NCBI GenBank assembly: GCA_010909165.1
Contig: MU008162.1
Span: forward strand, 372,001-436,000
DNA: 64,000 bases
Direction: 5' to 3'
Source of the DNA: Anthoceros angustus
Taxonomy: Eukaryota > Plantae > Anthocerotophyta
Within the stretch, counting starts at the first letter, position 1, and the number at the start of each line of letters is the position of its first letter. The notes under the pieces were generated by a model. That model saw only the letters and a list, made by a program, of their open reading frames with translations. It ran no database searches and was not told where the DNA came from. The position numbers and the translations under genes were made by a program. This document shows positions 14,831-25,629 of the stretch, piece by piece.

Positions 14831-15281
14831 GGAGGTGAGGGGGAGCCCCCTCCGACTCATATGCATCCTAGTTGATTGATGTGTTGTCCAACTTGTACTA
14901 GCATCTCATTTTATTTTGGACAAAAGTTGACAAACATCTCCTAGAGAAACAATTTGTGTAAAGCTATATTGAAACATTACACTTTATTCAAAGATACATA
15001 GATGAGACAAATCAGGCATATATAAATTTATAGATCTTGCAAGTTTCTATTCATCACTAATAAAAATCTTCTTGATATTTTTAAGACAGTTTTACTGCAA
15101 TTCCTTTGTTATTTCCAAGTTTACATCCTTCTTTCACCTTTTGTACAAATCAAGAAGTTCATTTTTTAAAAGACCGTCAAAAGAAGTTTTACTAGCTAGC
15201 TATGTAGTCGTCGATACTTCTGCATTAGGTGCACGAGTTGGCTAGGCCAGTTATCGTTTTGCAAGTGCAAAGGTAGAGGCA

Positions 15282-15927
15282 ATGCCGGCTCCCAAGTACT
15301 ACTGCGATTACTGCGACAAGCAGTTCGACGATACGCCGGCTGCTCGTCGCCGCCATCTCTCTGGTCCTCTGCACCAGCGCGCCAAGAAGCAGTGGTTTGA
15401 TTCATTCAAAGGTAGGGAGACCTGCAGCACCTGCATGTCTGCTGTGTGGCTGACCTTCACTTCGACTTTCTCCCTGGTTCTGTGTTGTGATGCAGACGAA
15501 GACCAAACCCGTGGGCAAGGACAAAATGCTCCGCGAGGACTAGTATGTAATCAATTTTCCAATACTGTAAGTTCATCCTGTTCTGAGAAGATTTGAGAGT
15601 TTTGGACTGAGAATTTCGGATGGCCGGACCGCTTTGTGTGGCTCTAAGGATCGACTTGTGTGTTTGTAGGGTTTCTGCCCTTTCGGGGAGCAGTGTAGAT
15701 ATGCCCATCTTGTACAAAGCCCTTGGCCGGCAGTCCCCAGTAAGAACAAGTTTCTCGTATTCTTGAATCGGAATGGGGCTGGGTTCTAGACTGAAGACAA
15801 AAACAGCCAACGTTTTCTCTTGTCCTGTGCAGTGTTGCCTGCTGCCCGTCCGGAGAATTACCTTCCACCATCTCTCCAGCCTCCAAGAGAACACTACAGC
15901 CACCTACCTCCTGTGGAGTGGGGCTGA
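15282..15927 (+). CDS. ZMAT5: U11/U12 snRNP 20K-like protein (U1-type matrin zinc finger + CCCH), 4 exons
   Basis: MPAPKYYCDYCDKQFDD..ARRRHLSG..HQRAKKQWFDSF, CCCH C..F..TGFCPFGEQCRYAH and C-terminal LPPSLQPP...EWG*; GT-AG introns. Confidence 0.85.
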
Positions 15928-16279
15928 TAAAGGACCCACTGTTGTACGAACTGAAGGCGCTCATGCACTACAAGAACTGGATGTATACTTCTGTTCTTCG
16001 TCAGCAAGACAGAGTTGTCGGGTTGTGCACAAGATGCTGCCGTCAATAGGCTCTTGTTGATTTGATAATGGAGGTAAAATGATTTGTATACAATCTGAAG
16101 ACAACTACTAGTACAGCTAGGAGGATATTAGTACAAGCCTGCCTGGATTTGTCACTGAGACAAACTTCCCTTGTCCTACTGATATGTACAGTGAGATAAG
16201 CTAGAGCAAGCTAGCGAGACGAATCTATGCAACACCCTTCACAAAAGAATAGCATGAGACCCTGATAATGGAGAGAAAA

Positions 16280-17449
16280 TTACCGGTCTAATACAGCAAC
16301 GCGAGGCAATGGCCTCTGTGCTTCAACCTCAGGCTCTGGCTCGAGCTGCAGCTCGGGAGCGTCCAAATCCGCCAGATTTTTCAAGTCTACGACAGAAAGA
16401 TCATCCAAGCGGCACACAACCAGATCCGCAGCTCCCAACTCGAAAACAGGATGATTCCCAGCCACCGCCACACACTTCATGCCGCCATCATGCGCGGCCT
16501 CAACTGTAGAATTGGAGTTCCCAAACACGATGCACCTCTCGGGGATGAAGTTGAGCCGCTCAGCTGCATACATGAACAACTCGGGATCCGGTTTCCCCCG
16601 ACACACATCCTCCGCCGCGATCACGACAGAGAAGAAACCCTCCATCCCCAGAGCCTCGATGGCGCGGTCCAGGTAATGCCGCGGCCGGGTGGAGGCCATG
16701 GCCATGGGAACACTGAACTTCTTCAGCGTCTCCAGAAACTCCCGAGCCCCCGCCCGGAGCCGGTACGTCCCGCCCTGCATCTCCTCATACAGCTCCTCCT
16801 TCCTGGTAGCCAGCCGCTTGAGCTGGCGGAAGTCCCGAGTCCAACACAGCACCTCGGACAGCGCCTGCTCGTTCTTCATGCCCTCCGCCCGCTTGAGCAC
16901 GAACAGTGGGGGCTGCGGCCTCCCTTCCTCCTGCGCCAGCGCGCACCACGCCTTCCGCTCCAGATCCACATCGCTCTCCACCACCACGCCCTCCCACTCC
17001 AGCACCACTCCCAGCCACCCGCACCCCATCCGCTCCAGCCTCCGCAGCGGATTCTGCAGCGAGATATCATCCGCCCTGTTCTTCGGCAACACCGGCATAG
17101 ACAGCGGAGCGCTGGCCTGCAAGAAGGACACGTCCAGCGACTGCCGCGTGCCATCGCTCGGCACCTCGGTGGCATCATTCGCAAAGGACCGCAGCACAAC
17201 CATGGCCTGGGGTTTGGAAGCCTTCACGGGCCTCCCGGCCATCGCCAGCCTCCTCCACTTGCTCCCTTCCGAATCCAAGCACCAGGACACCGAGGCCCCA
17301 TCCCACCTCTCCTCCGACCACACTCCTGCCCGCATCCCGAGAAGGCTCACTCTCCCCCGCCCCGCCCGCTCCACATCTAACACCGCTCCTACCGAACCTA
17401 CCTGCATCCTCCCCGGATGCAGGGTTTCCACGAGCCGCAAGGACCCCAT
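16280..17449 (-). CDS. PYRP2: Plastid HAD-like phosphatase, PyrP2/At4g11570 family (riboflavin pathway), intronless, 389 aa
   Basis: NPLRRLERMGCGWLGVVLEWEG, EGMKNEQALSEVLCW, GKPDPELF and CIVFGNSN match the family; basic Ser-rich transit-like N-terminus. Confidence 0.85.
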   Translation of the reverse strand: MGSLRLVETLHPGRMQVGSVGAVLDVERAGRGRVSLLGMRAGVWSEERWDGASVSWCLDSEGSKWRRLAMAGRPVKASKPQAMVVLRSFANDATEVPSDGTRQSLDVSFLQASAPLSMPVLPKNRADDISLQNPLRRLERMGCGWLGVVLEWEGVVVESDVDLERKAWCALAQEEGRPQPPLFVLKRAEGMKNEQALSEVLCWTRDFRQLKRLATRKEELYEEMQGGTYRLRAGAREFLETLKKFSVPMAMASTRPRHYLDRAIEALGMEGFFSVVIAAEDVCRGKPDPELFMYAAERLNFIPERCIVFGNSNSTVEAAHDGGMKCVAVAGNHPVFELGAADLVVCRLDDLSVVDLKNLADLDAPELQLEPEPEVEAQRPLPRVAVLDR

Positions 17450-18127
17450 GCCTGGAGGAGCTCACCAGCACCACAGTCCTGCGAATTCCTTTCCCTCACA
17501 ATCCCTTCAACACAATACGGGCAATCCAAATCCAATTCTCCCGATATACCTGTTCACGCAACCCCGACAGGCGAGGGAGGGGCCTCGCTCGCTCTCAGTC
17601 AGGCAGCTCCGGGGAAAAGCAAGCTGATGAAGGGAGTGTGGCGCACGGCACGGCACGGCACGGCACCAGGCTGCGAGATCAAACAAGGATGGAGCAGGCA
17701 GCGGGCGCATATATAGCCAGCCGATGCCGTGCCGGCCTGGGAGCAACTCGGAGGAGGCAGCAAGCTGCTCGGTGACGCGTTGAAGCTTCTTCTGTCCTCG
17801 GTCGACTCTTCCCGTCGGTCCTCTGCCTTTAGTCGGCTGGGGCGAGAGGTGCACGAAAGCCAATTGAACCTGGCCTGGAATCACACGCACTCCCGTTTTA
17901 CGTGGCACCCTGTCCAAGCAATTGTGCCCGATTTTTCCACCTCGCCACGTTTCCGTAGGTTCATTCTCCCACACACAATGCATATTCACGATTAAATACA
18001 GCGACACTTGCTTCGGATGCAATTTTATACCTTCCTAATAAAAACTTCGTACTTGGGGATGCACTTATAGACTCTTTTCATAATTTAAGTTATTTACTTC
18101 GAATGTATTTTTAGTAATAAAACTTAT

Positions 18128-18649
18128 CTACTTCAGATGCAAGGTTTTCTTCTTGATGAAAAGACGGTGTTTGACCTTGATGGTTGTGGCGCTACTTTTG
18201 CTGACGACCAGCCGGGTGTGCACCGGACCTGTAATATGGGGTCCGTTCCCAAGGGAATGATTGTTCCGCACGACCTCAGCAGCTTGATGTACCGCTCCCA
18301 CTGCCTTCAGGAGCTCCGCGTGATAATATGCGAAGTTTGAGTCGACCTGTTGGATGGCCTCCTCCACATGGGCTCGGAGCACTCGATACTCCCGCCTCCA
18401 AAGATCCTCCGGTAGCTTGGCGTGCCTGGTCGCTTGCTGCGCCGTTCCCATCGCGAGGTTGTCCAATCTGGTCCTGGCCGAATCTCGTGAAGCCATTAAG
18501 GCGGCTTCCGCTACCTTCTGGAGTCGTTGCTTCTTGTTGGCGCGTTCCTCCTCCTGTTGCTTTTGCAGCTCTGCCAACTTCCCGGCCATGGACCGGAGTT
18601 CTCCCTCCACCTTCCACAAGCAAATCAGCAGCTTCTGCTCCTCCTTCAA
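18128..18649 (-). CDS. Hypothetical coiled-coil ORF (173 aa, no ATG start), probably transposon-associated
   Basis: GC-rich open frame in AT-rich flanks; heptad-like KLAELQKQQEEERANKKQRLQKVAEAAL; track start is TTG. No family recognised. Confidence 0.35.
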   Translation of the reverse strand: MKEEQKLLICLWKVEGELRSMAGKLAELQKQQEEERANKKQRLQKVAEAALMASRDSARTRLDNLAMGTAQQATRHAKLPEDLWRREYRVLRAHVEEAIQQVDSNFAYYHAELLKAVGAVHQAAEVVRNNHSLGNGPHITGPVHTRLVVSKSSATTIKVKHRLFIKKKTLHLK

Positions 18650-19081
18650 CGCCCTTTCCTGCTCCAGTCACTCGGGGTGTTTTTCCCAACTCAGCCTTTG
18701 TTTTTTTTTGACAATTTATATGGATTATGTAGATTAATTACAACATTAAGTAATTACAGATTAATTAAGAATCAAGAAAAGAGTCATAAAGTGCTTATGC
18801 GAAAAGGCAACTTAAACTTAATCTAAACGATGTGACTATTCACGAAAAGTCGTAACCCTAATGAAAAGACATCTACCTAACTCAACATCATACTAAGGAT
18901 TATTTATCGTAATTATCCTTAGACCTATAGTCATGATATCAACATAATACCAATACTCCCACTTGTTGAGTAGATCATGACCTAGACATTATCTGAATCA
19001 CGGTCTTCACTCTCGTGTGCTACCCGTGCGATTGGAATGATGCTCGCATTCATCAAATACAGAGCCATCATAATATAACTA

Positions 19082-19213
19082 TTGAATGTCTCTAAAGATG
19101 GTCACATGGTTTGTACTTACCAAAAGCCAATTGGGCTGATGGATCTAGTGTTTGACCTCTTCATGGAAAGAGCGGACTGGGTGATAGATGGATGCTCAAG
19201 AAGCAGAGAGACT
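19082..19213 (+). pseudogene. Relic of a beta-class N4-cytosine/N6-adenine DNA methyltransferase (motifs X-I)
   Basis: Frame from 19082: LNVSKDGHMVCTYQKPIGLMDLVFDLFMERADWVIDGCSRSR. This fits QKPxxLxxxLxxxxxxxGDxVLDxxxGSG if both AGA codons were GGA. Confidence 0.55.
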
Positions 19214-19512
19214 CACGTTGGTAGATCATATACCATGAGTGAACCATAGTCAAGGTAAGAGGCCATCAATCTTTTTTGTCCTGAATACATGAAGCTTTGC
19301 AAACGAATGACTATCTGGTCCAGGAACCATATTTCCCATCAATCCGCCCAACCCGGTTCGCCACCAAGCACTTTTCAAAGCTCTCAACTATCCGCTCTGA
19401 GAGCGAAGTTCAGAAATTCGAAAATTCAAATGCACCCTAACATTTTTTTGCTCAGGAGATAGCATGAGGGAGGTCAGTAAAGCTCAGGCCCTCCACACTG
19501 CATATGATTCAA

Positions 19513-21356
19513 GAACAGCATAATATTTGAAGCGGCTGAATATACATCAAGCGGCTTTTGACGTGAATATACGCGAAACGGGGTTTTCGATGGGCATTGA
19601 AATGTGTATTTGAGCATACCCTGCAGAAGAAGGCACACAATTAGGGTGTCGAGAGAATTTTATATATTTTAGCGGCTTACAATGGTAGACGAAGGATTTG
19701 ACCTACAGGTAGACCATTGTTTTCAATGGAAATGATGCCCATGTCGTTAGTGCATGCCATTCGTTAAACAACAGGAAATGAACATGGGCGACCATCTCTG
19801 CAGCAGCATCGAAGGGAATGCATACGGCTATTTCTATATGCGTGCTATACATCCAATCCAGACACGGTCGATGTCATTGTGTACAACAGCCGAGGGCGTG
19901 AAGACCCTAAACACGCCGTAAGTGACACACCTAGGCGCCGGCATGCCGGCGCCCAAGTCATGCTCAAAGGCTACGTGCATTGGGCGCCGGCATGCCGGCG
20001 CCCAAGATTCATGGCCTTTGGCAATGACTGCTGGACGTCCAACAAACACTTTCCTTCTGCCGAGAAACTACCTGAACCGTAATGGCTTCTCCGGACTGCT
20101 CAACATCGGTTAGACACCCTAGGCTAGTGGCTAAGAAACCACCTGAACCGTGATGGCTTCTCCAGACTGGCTATCAAAAACAAGGAGCATGGGGGAGCAT
20201 AAGGGCATGATGAAGAAGAAGAAGAAAAATGAGGGCATGAGGGCGCCGGCATGCCGGCGCCCTCATTTCAACATATACTTTGTCCCTCAATTATTTGTAC
20301 ATGGGAAAGTTAATGGAGTGGTAAGCCCTAAAAGTTGGAAATAAGAGGTCTTGAGTTCAAGTCTTCTTCTAGGGCGCCGGCATGCCGGCGCCCTTTGAAG
20401 GTGAACTTTTCATGTTGTGTAGGGAATAGGTAATATATGTATCGAAATGAGAGCATAGTATGTGTTGTAAAAGTGATTGGTTTGGTTTAAATTCCCTTAT
20501 TCTAATAATTTGTATACTTGAACTCAAAATCATGGAAATTATTTTTAAATTTCAAAGGTTTTCTAAGCACGCCGTTTGAAATTACCCATGCCCTAATATT
20601 CATGATCTCAAATTTCACTTGAATCGGAATGGAGAAGAGAGACATGACACGGCCAAGTTTCTTCCCTATTCTCGAGCTCCGTGTAGGCCGCGACTATCTT
20701 TCTACGGAGGTCATAGCAATTGAATACGTTTTTTGTATGTTGGACACCATCTTTGTGAGCGACCAAGGCTGCGTCGTGATCGGAAGTGTGAAAGGTGGTG
20801 TGTTTTTTCTCATTCTCTTGCGCAAGCAAGCGATGCGTGGCCTAATATATGTAAGTCATAATGTGCATGGGTGCAGGACAAGTGGTTGTAAGCCCTAGTG
20901 TTAATGCGAACGCAGGCACACCGGCGCTCATAGAAAACCTATTTAAGGACGCCGGCATGCCGGCGCCCTATGGAGGGAGCATAAGAGCATAGGGTGCTAG
21001 CATATTGGCACCTTCATTAGTATATGTTATTTGCATATCATAAAGTTTTGTTGTCTCCTAAAGTTGGTAAAGTGGTAAAAAACTCGGCTAAGAATCATAG
21101 ATCGCGAGTTCGAGATCCAATTATAGTTTTATATTAGTTAAGTTGAGTTTCTTTTGGGGCATCTGCACCCCATCTTGCACCATACCGAGGCAAAATTTTG
21201 TCCAAACGGACCAAACCGACGGGCAAGAATAAGACCCAAATGCGTGGCAGAACATTAAGAATCATGGGTTTTGGGACTGTACAGTGAATCTGAAATTGGT
21301 CCGGGGTTTCTGAAAGCGGCTTCGTATATTCAGCCGCTTCAAATATTATCGTGTTC
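19513..21356. mobile_element. 1.84-kb segment bracketed by inverted repeats (candidate non-autonomous DNA transposon)
   Basis: ATAATATTTGAAGCGGCTGAATATAC (19520-19545) is the exact reverse complement of 21324-21349, extendable to ~33 bp with GAACA/TGTTC. No target-site duplication identified. Confidence 0.5.
19934..21013. repeat. Dispersed 22-bp palindrome GGGCGCCGGCATGCCGGCGCCC, 7 copies
   Basis: Near-perfect at 19934, 19982, 20241, 20372 and ~20947; degenerate at 20908 and 20992. Confidence 0.9.
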
Positions 21357-21426
21357 AAGGTACTTACGCCCTTTTCGACCTTCAGGAGTTAAGTGAAACA
21401 TAAGGCATACAAAAGAAAAAGGAGAA

Positions 21427-21660
21427 AGAATCAACAAAGGGAAAAGCATCGTCGAAGAAAGTGGTAAAGGAGTCAATGTCACCCGCAATGGAAATAGATC
21501 CTTCAAAATCAACAAAGGGAAAGCATCGTCGAAGAAAGTGGTAGAGGAGTTGATGCCACCCACAATGGAAAGGGATTCCGCAAAATCAATAAAGAGAAAA
21601 GCATCGTCAAAGAAAGTGGTAGATGAGTTGATGCCACCCATAGTGGAAAGAGATCCCATT
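21427..21660 (+). repeat. Three ~78-bp tandem units with coding-like character
   Basis: ATCAACAAAGGGAAAAGCATCGTCGAAGAAAGTGGTA anchors at ~21429, ~21508 and ~21585; peptide STKGKASSKKVVxELMPPxxERD; copy 2 has a 1-bp deletion. Confidence 0.75.
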
Positions 21661-22230
21661 AAGATATTCAGCATGTTGAGACGTTAGGCATGGGCGCAAC
21701 TCTAAGTGCAAACCCTAGGGAACTCATTCTCACAATACACGGGAATCAAGAGCATCATGTCAACAATCATATCATCGTCCTTATGTTTAAGAGGCAAGGT
21801 AACTTAAAAGATTTCCTAGAGTGAGAGTAGTCTTAGAATTTACTCATAGGAATGAAAGGTTGGTGCGCAAACAACCACAGCGCTAGAATCACAGCATGTT
21901 TTGTAAAGACCCTAAACGATTTATATTTCTGCCGGCCTTAAAAATGACCTTGTTTTAAGAAACCTCAAAATTTGATATCATTTGAAAACAAATATGTTTA
22001 TCCAATTGTAAATAAGATCATAACTCTTCGATACAGCCGTTTTCAGTGTGGATTTTCCGGCGTGCAATTTGCGGTTCGCTGAAGTCTGTGTGCGAAAAGG
22101 GATTATTGGAGATACCCATTCCTACCTAGACGTTGTTCAAATTTATCATTGGCGAACAACAGGCAGCAAACCCTCGTGCTCATGTAAAGAATTTGAGTAC
22201 GGGGTGTTCACATGTTTGGAAGAGTCATAG

Positions 22231-22414
22231 ATATTTACCACAAAGGGTAGTATTTCCTTGCATGTTAGTAAAGAGTCAGTACATTTACCACAAAGGGGAG
22301 CATTCTCTTGCTCAAACATCTACGATAATGGGAGGTATTTCCTGCGTAGATATTTACTACAAAGTAGAGCATTTCCTTGTGCAGATATTTACCACAAAGG
22401 GGAGCATTTTCTAG
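22231..22414. repeat. Degenerate ~30-35 bp minisatellite (ATATTTACCACAAAGGGGAGCATTTCCTTG), 4 copies
   Basis: Copies start at 22231, 22281, 22350 and 22385. Confidence 0.7.
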
Positions 22415-22770
22415 GGCAGTTATTTCCTTGATGAAAGTCTAAATACCAGAATTTTCTTGTAGTCCATTGTTTGATAGAAGTATAGATGATATCATTTTCT
22501 TACAATCGGTTGCATGATGGAAGTCTGAGCAGTATATGGACAACCCTTGCAAAAAACGGTACGGATAGTAACTTTTGAAAATTAATAAAAAAGATACTAC
22601 CTACACCTACCTGTATATAAAAAATGGTTCTGATGTTGATGTTCTCAGGGACAAGTAAGGTGGTTAACTTGCGCTAATATCAAGTCATATACCACCTTGC
22701 ATTGTTGTTTTGATCTCCAGATCAAAACAATGGAAGCCCAAATGGAAGCCCAAACACCCCTCTTTCCTCG

Positions 22771-23093
22771 ATGGCTTTCTTTCAACAGCGGGCATCCATC
22801 GCCTTGTAGAGGGCACTGGCCAACGCTATTTATAGGACGACAACAAGTGCAGGAGATGTGGCATCAACGGTACAAATTGTAGGTAAGCCTTTTCTCATCT
22901 TGAACAAGGAAATAGTCGAGGCGATAAGTAGCTTTGGCGGTAGATAGCTTAGGGTTGGCACTTGTGGGGGAACTAGCCCCCGGCTCTTGGCCCTTTAATG
23001 GGTTGGCCCCGACGGGTTTGCGGTGGATGGATTTTCCCGTCTCTTCTTTTTAGTAAAGTCTCCATTGCCATCCATCTCTGTTTTACAATAAAG
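22771..23093 (+). mobile_element. 3' tail of an RLE (CRE-like) non-LTR retrotransposon, copy 2
   Basis: MAFFQQRASIAL*RALANAIYRTTTSAGDVASTVQIVGKPFLIL; aligns with 9466-9732 and also ends in TACAATAAAG. Confidence 0.6.
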
Positions 23094-24123
23094 TCTCTAT
23101 AGTCGCGTTGCATTGGTTGGAGGCGCTTTAGGCGGACAAGAGGGCGACCCGTCGCTCATCACCCTTTGGAAGTCGCAACACAACACAGTTCAGCACAGGC
23201 TGTAGCATTGACCCTGGCAGATAGATGTTAATACAGGACGGAATCTATGTACATACACCTCCGACTCGTAAGCCAGCGGAGATGCCCAAAACATTCCTAT
23301 GTCTCAAATGCCCGACAGAACACGAAGACTCATAATGCGTGAGGATCAAGACCTCTCAGAGGCTCGCCAAAGAGTTTATCAAGAAACAACGTCATCCGCA
23401 GATGCTGCTCTTTTGTGCCAGACGAAACACAAACCAGCCGACACCTCAAGGTTGACGATTCGTGTGGAAGCTCCGAGATGCAGTCGGCAATAGATAGTCG
23501 GCACAGTAACAATAGTTTGGATATCCACCACCTTCTCGAACACAGGTCCATAAAGAGCTCGACGGGCGACTTTCCCGACAAGCTAAGGAAGAGGCTAGGC
23601 CGCCCATTTCTTTAGAGTGACCTGTTTGTACCTGATGACTGCAATTACAATTTGCGACAATTTCTGTATCTGTATAACTCACAGTGACGTCCAAAATGTG
23701 TAAAGTCTTGCCACGGGTTTTGATGTCCTGTCCAAACTCATCAAGTACTGGATGCCAAGCCAGTACATGGCGCAGCCTATTATTGTCAATATGCTAGAAA
23801 TCACGTCCAACTGCTGACTGCCTGAATTCATCCTTTCATAACCCCAGCCAGTGCGGTCCCAGCCATTCTGATCCTTGACCCTCATAACTCCAGCCAGTCT
23901 CGTGTAGACCCTTATGCCAGTCCGTCTGTATTTCCATCTATATTACTCTAGCAAGCCAAAAACCGACATGAAACTAGCCTGGAAGGACTGGTTTCCTGAG
24001 AGCCCCTGAACAGCTCAGTGCTGTTTAGGTGCGGTGATTCAAAAGTAGCACCTGTATGCATGGTACTGCACCCACAGACGTCGGAGCAGAGACAGGCTAA
24101 CGTGACCCACAAAATGCCTCCCA

Positions 24124-25152
24124 TCAGTGTCGAAAGGCTCGCACCATCTGATCTATACGGCGCCTACAGAGAGGGCAGAGTCGTAGATTTGACGCACATG
24201 AATTGCAGCAGCACATGTGGCCACAGGGCACAAAGACAGAGTTATATTCCTGCTCAAAGCATACGATACACAGATCAGGTGTTGAGCCCTCCCTCTTGGA
24301 GGAAACTGCATCCACCTGGTTATTCTCATCTCCTGCTAGATCCTGCTCCCTGCGCTCCCGAGCTTCCACTGCTCGTCTATGTAAAGCAGCTCGCCTCCTC
24401 CTCTCCATCACCTGTTTGACAGCATTCAAGGCGATCAAGTAGACACCAAAAACGGTGAACCCGATCGACATGTACTTGTACCAGCGAGACCACTTGCCAA
24501 GGTTGGCAACAAGCTGATCTAAGCTCCTTCTGGACACATAAAACGGGCCCCCATTCCGGGGCCTCTGAATGCGCACAACACCTTGGTCGTCTTGAAGAGC
24601 TTCTCCAACAACGGTTAGGGCAGTTCCAGTGGGAAGAACTCTCTCCATCCTCTTCACCCCCAACATCTTCAACCCCTGCAAATAGTCCAACGTTCCACGC
24701 ACAAGCGATCTGCCCGACTCCTCAAACACCTCACTAGCAATTGCCAGCTCCAATCCAGTCGCCCCCCTTGCCCCAACCACGTACACCCGCCCGGTCCCAT
24801 CCTCAACATACCACGGCACCTCCTTGCTGATGGACAGTATCAGAGCCGAGTCCTGCACCCAGGAGCCTGTGTCATTGTGCTTGAAGAAATGCTGCTCTGC
24901 CGTCTCCTCCAAAATCACACCTCGCAGGCTTCCATGCTCGCAGCTGATCGGCGAGTCAGACCCTACCCTCCCTGCCACAGCCACTACCACCGGCAGAGCC
25001 TTGCAGGCCGATTGCAGCAGCAGGGCCAGATCCTTAAGCTGGTTCACCTGAACAGCAGACTTGAGAGTGCTGGCATCCCTACCACTGTTGTGACTCAGAC
25101 AGAAGAGTGCAGCGCCACTTAAGCACAGGGAAACCCCTCCCCACGAGAACAT
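24124..25152 (-). CDS. SP1: Chloroplast outer-membrane RING E3 ubiquitin ligase SP1/SPL1 (GIDE domain + C3HC4 RING), intronless, 342 aa
   Basis: N-terminal TM WGGVSLCLSGAAL; GIDE KEVPWY..DGTGRV.VVGARGA; second TM; RING CIVC..EYNSVFVPCGHMCCC..C....CPLCRRRI; C-terminal RAFRH*. Confidence 0.93.
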   Translation of the reverse strand: MFSWGGVSLCLSGAALFCLSHNSGRDASTLKSAVQVNQLKDLALLLQSACKALPVVVAVAGRVGSDSPISCEHGSLRGVILEETAEQHFFKHNDTGSWVQDSALILSISKEVPWYVEDGTGRVYVVGARGATGLELAIASEVFEESGRSLVRGTLDYLQGLKMLGVKRMERVLPTGTALTVVGEALQDDQGVVRIQRPRNGGPFYVSRRSLDQLVANLGKWSRWYKYMSIGFTVFGVYLIALNAVKQVMERRRRAALHRRAVEARERREQDLAGDENNQVDAVSSKREGSTPDLCIVCFEQEYNSVFVPCGHMCCCNSCASNLRLCPLCRRRIDQMVRAFRH

Positions 25153-25560
25153 TGCATTATCCGATGCCGACTGCGCTGCTCGCCTCGTCCCAGCAGCCGT
25201 CGGTCGTTGGTTAGGGTTGGAGAATCCAATCCAACAGCCACATGGCCTGGCACCAGCGCCTACTCCAACTCCTCACCGTCCGGAATCAATCAACCTGCCC
25301 GCGATGTATGCCACACAAAGCTCACCTCCCTGATGCGCATAACCTCACCGCCTTCTCGCCAAGAATTTATCCCATTCCACAACCAGAAGCGATCACAGAC
25401 TCCGGAAACACGCCCGCGCAGCTGCGGTCTGCAAAATTGAGACGCGTGTCACGATCCTGAAGCCTGCCCGACTCCAATCATCACCGAAACGCAGCGGAAG
25501 CACAGAGACAGCGTCGCGCTACGCTCCGAGCAGCAGACGAGATCGAGAGAAGACAGGCCC

Positions 25561-25629
25561 TCTGTTCCGAATATTATTAAACCCGAAACAAGCCAGCCCT
25601 TCTGTTCCGTATATTATTAAGCCCGAAAC
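25561..25629. repeat. 29-bp direct repeat (40-bp period) in the divergent SP1/SAE2 promoter
   Basis: TCTGTTCCGAATATTATTAAACCCGAAAC (25561) and TCTGTTCCGTATATTATTAAGCCCGAAAC (25601). Confidence 0.7.

Noticed and set aside
17000-17020. HAD motif I reads EWEG instead of DxD
   Set aside because: To my knowledge this is the normal state of the At4g11570/PyrP2 family, not a lesion.
16451-17627. Two long plus-strand ORFs (309 and 312 aa) overlapping the HAD gene
   Set aside because: Antisense shadows of a GC-rich coding sequence; low-complexity products with no motifs.
22231-22414. Four ~30-bp repeats with unequal spacers, superficially CRISPR-like
   Set aside because: Spacers are about 5-39 bp and partly degenerate repeat; no cas genes; eukaryotic context.
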